Shown here piece by piece: positions 22,010 through 31,032 of a stretch of 36,115 nucleotides of DNA; the first letter of the stretch is position 1, and each line of letters starts with the position of its first letter. Location: assembly GCA_012862495.1 (NCBI GenBank), contig BLSG01000154.1, positions 211,691 to 247,805 of the forward strand, written 5' to 3'. The position numbers and the translations under genes are program-made. Below the pieces are notes generated by a model, which had not been told where the DNA came from, did no database searches, and worked only from the letters and a program-made list of their open reading frames with translations. This DNA comes from Thraustochytrium aureum. Its lineage: Eukaryota.

Positions 22010-23526
22010 CGGCGAGGCTTTCGCTTGGGCACCTGGCGGCGGCGTTGTCGCAGCCGGAGCAGCAGAGCTGCTGAGCGCAGAGCCCAACCCCCCAAAGCTG
22101 AATGAGCTGCCAGAGGAGCCCCCGAAAAGTGAGCCGGGCTTGCTTGCGTCGGACGAGGCAGCCGCGGTGCTCGCGCCAAAGCTGAACGCCGGCTTGCTGT
22201 CTCCGCTGGGCGTGCCAAAGCTGAACGCCGGCTTGCTCTCTCCGCTGGGCGTGCCAAAGCTGAACGCCGGCTTGCTGTCGCTTGAGGAGCCCGCTGCCAG
22301 TCCAAAGTTGAAGGCCGGCGCAGAGGTCGCTCCGCCAGAAAAGTCAAACTTTGGCGCTCCTGAACCTGTCGTCGCAGCCGCCGCCCCCGTGCTCTTGGTG
22401 AAAGAGAACGGCGTCTCCTTGGCGGCGGAGCCGTCTGCTCCGTCGGGCTTTTCGGTGGCTTCTTCAGAACCGGGGCGGGGCTCCTCGCAGGCCATGCACT
22501 TGTCAACTGCGTCTGGGTTGAGGGTGCGGCAAGGCACGCAGCGCCAGTCAGTGCCATCGTTGAGCAGCGGTGGGCCCAGATCTCGCGTTGGCTTGAACTC
22601 TTCGCTGTCGTACGATTCGAGCGAGATCTCAGAGTCGCTTCCAGAACCGTCTTCCTCCTCGGAGTCGGAGGCAAAGCCCTCGTCCGGCAGCTCGACGTTC
22701 GACGGCTGGGCTTCCTCCTCCTCCTCCTCCTCCTCTTCGTAGTCCTCGTCGTCGTCGTCGTCCTCCTCCTCCTCGTCGTCTTCGTCCTGGTCGTCGTCGT
22801 TTGCGCCCTGGTCTTGCCAGCCAGCGCCAAACCCGGCATCCGGGACTCTGCTGACTCCAGTTTGCGACGCTGGGCGGGCCGTCTTTTCTGGCGATTGTTT
22901 GCCTGCCGCCTCTACTTGGAACCCGTACTTGACGTCTTCGCGGTGCCAGGTGGCTTCGGTGCTTTGGTATCGTTGGTACATGAGCTTTTGGCAAATGAGG
23001 TATTGCCGAACGAACTCTTGCGCAGTCTCGGCACTTTCAAACTTGACCTTCAGGCACACCTCGCGCGGCTGGGCGTCCCCGTCCGCTTGGTCCATCACCC
23101 AAAACATGCGCCCGGACCTGTCTTGGAACACGGTCGCAAACGTCGTATCGGGGTGAACGAGGTGGTTCGTGAGCGTGTCGCCCCTGTTGGACACGTCATT
23201 CCCGAGCACGACCGCCCGCGCATCGCCATCGGCCCTGCTCAGCAAGCGCAACTCCCCTTGCCCGTCCTTGGCCCACCGCAGGCATCAAACTTCTCGCCGC
23301 CTTCGTCCGCCTCCCGGAGCACGTACGACTCCACCGCGACCACCGCCGAAAACACCACTTTCTCGACCATCTTCGAGCCGCGAACCAACAGCCCAGCGCC
23401 GCCCCTTGCCTGCAGAATCGACCGCCCTGTCCCGCCCAACCTGCCCTGCGCGTCCAACGCGACCTGCGTATCCAATGCGTCCTGCGCGCCCCGCGTGTCC
23501 AATGCGTCCTGCGCGTCCTTGGCCAT
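22010..23526 (-). CDS. Nucleoporin-like protein: divergent RanBD, acidic tract, RanBP2-type zinc finger, FxFG repeats; frameshift at ~23255; C-terminus in gap 21149-22009
   Basis: RanBD-like EKVVFSAVV...GKG[E]LRLL...NHLV...WVMDQADGDAQPREVCLKVKFESAETAQEF. Zinc finger WRCVPCRTLNPDAVDKCMACEEPRP. Repeats AFNFG, AFSFG x3, SLFGG, FSFGG. Start is either 23370 (MVEKVV) or 23526. Confidence 0.8.
22175..22280 (-). repeat. 39-bp coding tandem repeat encoding SKPAFSFG(TPSG[DE]) FG units
   Basis: GCCAAAGCTGAACGCCGGCTTGCT starts at 22175, 22214 and 22253. Confidence 0.95.
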
Positions 23527-23904
23527 TCAAACAGCATCGGCTAAACCTACCGAGTCTCGCCGGCCAACCTAAATGATACACAGCAATATCCAAATAGATC
23601 GCCGATTACGCCGACAAGAGGTGTGTGTTCGTTCCGTATAACTCTGCGCTATTTCCCCGACGTTGCCCTGCGCGCGTGTTTCGCACAAACACCCTCACGC
23701 TATCTCCCTTTCCCAGATCCATGTGCACGTGTTTCGCTGAACATGAAGTGCCGATTCTCCCGAGAGTGAGGTGTGCGCTCGTTCTGCTGAGCTCGCACGG
23801 ATGATGCAGGCGTGCCTGGAGCTGTGGTGTGCTGATGTAATCGTGGGATCCGATGGGCAAGGAGACAGCGCGAGAGGCAGAACAGCAACTGAAAGAGGCC
23901 CTCA

Positions 23905-23953
23905 GCGAGCGAGAGAGAAAGCGGCGCGAGCGAGAGAGAAAGCGGCGCGAGCG
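23905..23953. repeat. 21-bp tandem duplication in a divergent intergenic region
   Basis: GCGAGCGAGAGAGAAAGCGGC, about 2.3 copies. Confidence 0.9.
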
Positions 23954-24413
23954 GCAGGCGGGACGCCCTGGGCGCGCCTGGCACGAGCGACGCCTGGCAG
24001 CCGCGGCGGCGCTTTGAAGAAGGAGTCGCAGTGTGTGCGGCCTCGCTTGCGCGCGCCCTTTCGTTTCGCTCGCGAGATCTGCTCGGCGTGCCAGTGAAGC
24101 CAAACCAACCAAGCGAAGCCAAATCAAGCTGCCGAGCAGCCAATTTAGCCAGCCAAGCAGCCCAACCAACGCGAGCAAGGCGTTGAACTCGGCCTGCGAC
24201 GACAAACGCCACACGCCACCCGTGCTCGAGCGATATCGCGCGAGACGGAAAGCAAAGGCGTGGTGGCTCGGGGAAACTGGAGCAGCGACTGGGCGGCTGC
24301 AGCGGCGAAAGGAGCAGCCACAGCGAGCGCGGCACAACACGTGGATGGTCGTGCGGGGAGGGGCTGGGATTCAACAGTGCCGGTCTAGCTGCGACTTTGT
24401 GATATCACAGAAG

Positions 24414-26487
24414 ATGAGTACGTATGGCGAAGGCGCGAGAAATGGCGGCCCAGACGAGCGAAGGGGCAGAGGACGCAGCAGCAGGTGGAGTGCGATGTCT
24501 ATGAGCGAGTTCATCAAGCTCTCCGTGTCTGGGATACTTACGGGCATCATTCTGGTGCAGCTGTTTGACATGTTCTTCGTGCCGACGAGCATCGATCTAG
24601 GCGTCGGGTCTGGGTCGTCGAACGAGGGCCCTGGCACGGACGCGACGACGTACACGCCTTTCAACACGGAGAAAAACAACCTTCGTACCGTCCGGGTCGC
24701 CCACCCACAATCCAACCAGTAGACCCACGCCTTCGCCGACCCTGGCGTGTATGACAGATTTGCCTGGAGCGTCGGACGCGCCCGAGTCTTTGTACAAGCC
24801 GGATACGGCGTCCTTGGAGCCGAAAGTGTACATTTTGCAAGACCAGGTCGGCCTGAATACGGCGCCGCTAATTGAGTGCCTTTTGGAGATGTTGCGAGTG
24901 CCCCCAAGCAAGGACGGGCGCCAGACTCTTGACGTGGAAGCGATCACCGCAGCCGCGTTCGCATCAAAGTCGCGCCGGCTCACTTTTGCGCTCACGGACA
25001 TGTTGCTCCTCGACGGTCTCAAACGGCACCCGTGGCGGACTTTCGACATTGCGGAAGCAGACTTGGTCATCCCCGAAATGCTTCCAGGCGTGTCGAACGA
25101 AATGCCTCCCATGCAGCTCCTGAGGGAATTCTGCCCCAAGCTCGCCAAGCTCAGTCCTGGCCACACCGACCGCATGGTTATGGCCCGCGAGTCCTTGCAC
25201 AAGTCTGCTCACTGGTCCAAGGAGTGGAACCGCAAAAAGTATGTGTTCATCCACTCGCGGCCCCTAGGCCAGGTCGGGACTGAAGAGAGCTTCCTGAAAC
25301 CGCTGATGAACGACATCGTGAAAGGCAAGTCCATGGTGCTCACCGGCTCAGCAAGCTTTGCCAAACGCTGGTTCAAGCGCATGCCGAAGAAAGCCTTTAA
25401 AAGGTTTGACCTGCGCGCTGGGCTTAGCCGCATCATAACTGTTCCACTCCTGCCCAACGTACAGACTGTGTCTGAACACGAGCTTGGCGCGCCCAGCGCG
25501 ATGAAGGGCTTTGCATTTTATTTCGAGGACACGTTCAGCAACTCCAAGATCCTGGACCGGATCGAATCGCTCGCGTTCACATTGAGTCTCGTCCGCGCCG
25601 AACAAGCTCCGAGCGGGTTGCTGGACAAGCGCGTGGCATCAGCATTTAGCATGCGCCGCAGCCGCGCCTGTCTTGTGTTGGATTTCGTACCCGGCGAGGT
25701 CTCTGCGCTGGGCCTTCAGACACTGTACGACGCGATTCAGGCGGGTTGCCTCCCGGTGTTCCTGCTCGACAAGCCGCTCAGATTGCCGCTCGCGAGCCAG
25801 CTGGACTGGAAGCAGGTTGGCTTGCACACCTTGGGGCTGACCTGCCTCTCGCAGCACTGGCTCGATCTCCAGGCTGTCAAGGAAAAGGTTGCCTCGAGCG
25901 AGTTTGTCTCGCAGCAGGCGTCCGTGCTGGCCACCTGGAAAAAGCTCCTTCAGTTCCCAACAAACATCGTCGACGCGCGTCTGCTCAACGCGGCTGCAGC
26001 CGCCCCCGGCGCTGTCGCCATTGGCGAGCCGCTCTCTTCTAATGGCACAGCCGCAACAAACGGACTCGACGGCGGGGGTCAGTCCGCGGAGGCCGAGCCG
26101 GGAGCCAGGCGCGCCATGCAAGCCGCCGCTGGCGACGACAGTGCTGACGACGCGTACTCTGCCAATGGCAAAGGAGGGGACGGCAAAGCTGCGGATGGCA
26201 AGGCTGCGAATGGCAAAGCTCGGGGCGGCAACGTTCGGGGCAACAATGGGGTCGACAACGACAACGACGACGACAACGAAGACGAAGACGAAGACGACGA
26301 GGACGACGACGACGTGAACTCGGAGGATGCGGCTCCCGAGCTAGGTAGTGATGCTGGAGTCGAGGGTGTCTGGGCGCACCCCCCCAAGCTCGAGGCGGGC
26401 GAGCCTGGTCTTGAGCTGCTCTCTGCTCTTTTACGAGACCTCGTCGTGATGCGGGACCTCGTCGTGCCGCGCAACAGTGGCAATTAG
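24414..26487 (+). CDS. Exostosin-like (GT47) type II membrane glycosyltransferase; exons 24414-24684 and 24758-26487
   Basis: Exon 1 encodes a TM helix (FIKLSVSGILTGIILVQLFDMFFV). Exon 2 has HPWRTFDIAEADLVIP and MRRSRACLV...LYDAIQAGCLPVFL...LPLASQLDW, which match the exostosin consensus. A GT-AG intron joins the two frames exactly. Confidence 0.8.
24685..24757 (+). other. 73-nt phase-1 spliceosomal intron
   Basis: GTACCG...ATGACAG. Removal gives CTT C|AT TTG (L-H-L), removes the TAG at 24720-24722 and fuses the TM exon in frame to the GT47 ORF. Confidence 0.75.
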
Positions 26488-26787
26488 CTCTCTGGCTTGA
26501 CCGAGCTCTCTGCCTCCTCCCTGCGTCCTACTATGTGGGAGACGCCTCTACAACAACAAAATGCGGTGTTTGGCCCTCTGGGTTGTGTTGCCATGTGACC
26601 GTTCTATCTTTTGCCGTGCGGCTGACATGCACGGAGACCTGTCGCGCCGCTGCAACAGCTCACTCGCGCTAAATGTAAAGCCATTTCTGAGGCGCCATGG
26701 CGCTTCTCGATCAAATTGGCAACCTCAAAGAAAATGGCATGTGCGAGCCGTTCACCGGCAGAGTTGCGATGTAGGCCACGCGCTTGA

Positions 26788-26868
26788 GCTGTTGCGGCTC
26801 TCTGGGCCGCCCAGTGCTTCGGAGTGGCTGTTGCGGCGCTCTGGGCCGCCCAGTGCTTCGGAGTGGCT
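26788..26868. repeat. 39-bp tandem duplication
   Basis: GCTGTTGCGGCKCTCTGGGCCGCCCAGTGCTTCGGAGTG, two copies with one mismatch. Confidence 0.95.
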
Positions 26869-29051
26869 TCAAAGCAGAGATGGTGCGCAAGTCGATTCGC
26901 CAACATGAACTAGTTCACGCGCTTGCCCAGGCTCGCTTCAGCCGCCTTGCTCGACCAACGACAAAATGGCCAGCGGGGCCGATTGGGCCGCGCGCAAAAA
27001 GGAAACCAAGAGTCCTGGAGCGTGCGTCCGAAAATATCCCAAATGCTGAAGGCGGCGGCGTACGTCTCGCACGCCCTAGTTCGACGAGCAGCGTGTCCAT
27101 GTCGGCGACGCCCGAGCGCGACCATCACCGACGGACGTTCGCAACTGTCGACGAAACAGTGGCATTACACCTCCGACAACGTCGTCATGCTGCGCCAATT
27201 TTGGCGCCCTCTTGCTCTTGATCCTGCTGGCGAAGGAATCGTCCAGCTCTTGTCCTGCTGTGTCCTCTCGGCTCTAGGAGCGTGCGAAGCTTCACCCGCA
27301 CATCCGACGTCGCAAGCGAATGAGCCCTCGCTCAAGCCTGCCCGTTCCCCTCGATGTCCGCCTGCTTGTTCGACTCTTGCAAGAGTCGCAACGCAATCCT
27401 CTCCACCCGCCCGCCGGAAGACTCTTGTGCTTTCGCTGCCCGCGCGCTGCCTGCGCCTCCGCTATCCGTGACGCAGGTCGCGCAGGCCTGCGAGCGAGCT
27501 GGCCACTTGTAATGGGTGCCTCCAACGCCCGTGAGGCATTTAATTAACCGCGCCGCCGCAGGACCTTGTGCTCTCGCACTGGCCGCACACGTGTCTCTGG
27601 CGACGAGGCGAGCGTGACGCGAAGCGCTGCAAGTTGGTGCCACAGCAAGCGCGTCAGAATGGGGCCCAAAAGCACGCCCCGCTGACGGCCGTCCACCGCG
27701 CGTCCCTCCTCTTGAGCGCATCCGGGATGCCCCAGCGCCCTATTCAACTCGAACGCCGTCCTCCTCATGGCCAGGTACAGCCAGCCAGCATCCAACCCGC
27801 AGCGCCAACGCTAGCAAGTCGTTTGACGCGCAGGAGGGACCTACTAGTACCTGAGTTGCGTCCTTCAAGCACTGATGACTGCGCAAGTTGGGCCTCGGCA
27901 GAACGCAGCGAGCGCACGTACTGCAGCTCTGCTTTCCTGGTGTCGTTGATGCCCTGACCACACAGGTGAGTACGGTAAGTACTCGTACTCTAGCTGCAGA
28001 GCTACACAGTGCTTTCCACAGGCCCAAAGAGTTCGTACAGAGTCAGGTAACGCTGAGATCGGCGAGACTCGGACGCCAAGAAAAGAGTAACGCTGCCGTC
28101 GGGGCATCACGCCACCGCCGCTGGCTTGGGACAGCTGCGCCAGTCCACCCACGGAGTAGAGTACTCTACTCTACCTACCTACATCTTTGTTGAACAGTCA
28201 TGATGATGAAGAGTAGGGAGTACTCGAATAGATTGGCCGCGACCGCATCGGGTCTTGTTGCACCTCAACAGCCAGCGTGCAAGCGCCGCAGCAACATGCA
28301 GTGCGAATGTCGCCACGGCACACAACGGAGTCTCGCACGCGACAACACAGGCCACCGAAACCAGCGCAGCCTTGGGCCGGCCGAGGTGCGTCGTGCAGCT
28401 CGATCCTCGCCCGACTTGCGCCCAATGTAGAGTAGGTAGCACAGTAGAAGCCTGGAGTTTTGGATTTCCAGTTGCATCCCCGTAGCTTGCCCCTCCAGGC
28501 TCCGGCAGCGCCCCCGGCGGGACGGGTTGGGCATGCGTCGGCACTTTCAAGCGTTCGAGCGAGCGGGACTCTGGAGAGCTGATGGCTCGCTCCTCGAGCG
28601 CTCTGGCGGCGTGTCTGCAACATTCGCGCTGGATCCGAGCTGGACGGCGCCCGAACGTGGCCCCCCACTCCATGCGACTCTGCGCGGAGTTGCGCGAGCA
28701 GCAAGCACCCCTCAGCGCCTCGTTAGATTGATCAGATCTGTCTCGTGTCAGGCGCTGGACGGGCTGGGGCCGCCCGCGGGAGCACTGATGAATAGATAGA
28801 TGTTGCCGTGAGTCAATTCTTGTGGTTTTCGTTGTTCTGCTTGCTCGTGCCCAATGCCTGTCGCGCATGGTGCCGCCGCTCTTGCCCTGCCTTCTAAGCA
28901 CTCGTCGCAGCTGGGCGGGCTAGGAGAGCGGGCCGTCCACCCTTGCAGCCTGCGCCGACCGCGGTGTGAACGAGGGAGCTGGGCGGATTAAGGGCGGCTC
29001 TCAAGCGGGGTCGACCAAGCTAGGTCGCCGCTGCAGTTGTTGTTGTCGTCG

Positions 29052-29064
29052 CTATCTTCGTTGG

Positions 29065-29118
<54 letters not shown>

Positions 29119-29302
29119 AGAGTTGCTGTTGCTGCAAAAGCANNNNNNNNNNNNNNNNNNNNNNNNNNNNNNNNNNNNNNNNNNNNNNNNNNNNNNNNNN
29201 NNNNNNNNNNNNNNNNNNNNNNNNNNNNNNNNNNNNNNNNNNNNNNNNNNNNNNNNNNNNNNNNNNNNNNNNNNNNNNNNNNNNNNNNNNNNNNNNNNNN
29301 NN

Positions 29303-29353
<51 letters not shown>

Positions 29354-31032
29354 AGAAGTTGCTGTTGCTGCAAAAGCAGTAATGGGTAGCTGTTGTAGCC
29401 GAGCAACGGTTGGTCGCCTTGTCTTGGCTGCGCGCGAGAGCCACGGTTTGCAGTGCGCGCCTGAGCAGATTGCATCGACTCGAGGAGGAATTGCTGGCCA
29501 GGTCCGGCGATAGAGCTTCCTCCGGTCTGTGCTTGTGAAATGCCTGAAAGATTGGTCAAGTGGCCGCGGTACAGCAGGGGGTTTAGGCCCTGGTTGCTCG
29601 TTGCAAAGGTGGGCACAGTGGAGCCCCTGTCCCCATGCAACGAAAGTTGCAGGAGATGCTGTTGCTGCTGGAGTAGTTGCTGCTGCTGCTCCTGCAGCTT
29701 CTGTTGCTGCAGCTGCTGTTGCTGCTGCAACTCGTGCTGCCACGGGTGATGATGCAGCATACTCCCGAACGCGTTGATGGAGGCCTCGGCCGCACCTCCG
29801 CGAGGCGCTGCAAGCTGGCCTTGCAGAGACTCCCCGACCGGACCTGCACTGGCGAAGCGCAAAAGTGAGTGAGGAAACTCGGCGGATTGGAGGGCAGAAT
29901 CCAGGGGTGCCTGTGTGGCAAGCATTGAAGTCCTGAGGGGCTGGTGGACGGCATTGCTGACTCCTGCAAGGCCGAGGACAGCGGGGCCCAAGCGTGAGCC
30001 TGCGTTGGTGGAGAGGGCGGAGCGGTTTGGGGCAAGCGAGTGTGCGACGCTGGCGATGTGTGATTGGCCAGGTGCCGCCAGAGGAGCGAAGACCAGTAGC
30101 TGTGGGTCTAGCGGGTACCCCGGACGCGTCTGCGAGCCCCGGCGAGGATAGTTAATCGTCGCCGAGGGGCCAATCGAGTCTGGGAATTCCGGCGCTGGGG
30201 CTGGGACGAGGACGTCGGAAGGGAGCATGCGCGCAGTGAGGAGAGACGCGGCTGAGGACGAGTCGTCCGCGCCAGAGGAGGCCACGGAGGACGCGCCTCG
30301 CGACCGGCGTAGGTGTGTGGTGCATTTGCCGTTTTTGGTGCGAGAGAACTTGTTGCAGTCGGGCTCTGTGCACCGGAACCCCCCGCCGTGCTTGGCGCAC
30401 AGGTCGCTCGACCCAATAGCGCCCTTGTCGCAGGCCTCAACGACGCAGCGCCGACCGCCACCGTGGCTCACGCAGTACCGAGTGGTCGAGATTGCGCTCT
30501 TTACACACTCTGGATGCTCGCACCGACGGCCTCCGCCATGCGCGCGGCACCGCTTGGTGGTGGAAATGGCGCCTTTGGTGCATTCAGGGTGCTCGCACCG
30601 TTTGCCGCCTCCGTGTTTGACGCAATATTTTGTCGAGCTCACCGCTCCTTTATTACAGGTGGGGTGCTGGCAGCGGCGTTTGCTTGAGTGGCGCGAGCAA
30701 AACCTACTGTTTTGTTTGGCCTTTGCGGTGCAGCTGCGGTGGGCGCAGGGCTCGTCGCCGGGCTCTGGTCTTTGGTCGTTGCGCAGCGGCCGGGGCGGCA
30801 TCGAGGCGCTGTCATCAATTTCACTAATGGATTCCTGAGCAACGGAGTACGAACTCGACAACGAGGCGCCAGACGCGGCGCGGGAGCGCTTTCCCAAGAA
30901 TTGAACCTGCCTGGGAACGGGTGCGGCGCGCTCCTCTTCGCCGCTCGCTTCAGCTCCATCTTCTGAAAACGATTCCGCGCGAGGCCGCTTCACGGATGGT
31001 TGTGGCGACCCGGCCTCCCCAGGAGCCTTCAT
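29052..31032 (-). CDS. WRKY19-like Cx4C...Cx2HGGG zinc-finger repeat protein with a poly-Q tail; putative transcription regulator
   Basis: Six ~25-aa repeats (e.g. CEHPECTKGAISTTKRCRAHGGGRR) at ~30310-30750, basic NLS-like KRPR and KRSR, Q-rich C-terminus probably ending QQHQRR* at 29052. No WRKY domain is present. Confidence 0.85.
29065..29354 (-). repeat. (CAG)n poly-glutamine tract flanking gap 29143-29302
   Basis: About 17 TGC units on the + strand on each side of the gap. Confidence 0.95.

Noticed and set aside
24720..24722. TAG ending the TM-encoding ORF, considered as stop-codon readthrough or reassignment
   Set aside because: The downstream ORF is in a different frame and a canonical GT-AG intron explains the junction. 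TAA, TAG and TGA all end other genes here normally.
27873..27957. C/D snoRNA candidate (TGATGA...CTGA about 85 nt apart)
   Set aside because: No terminal stem and no rRNA-complementary guide that I can recognise.
26500..28990. Possible transposon in the 2.5-kb gene-free interval
   Set aside because: I found no transposase or RT motifs, terminal inverted repeats, LTR pair or target-site duplication.
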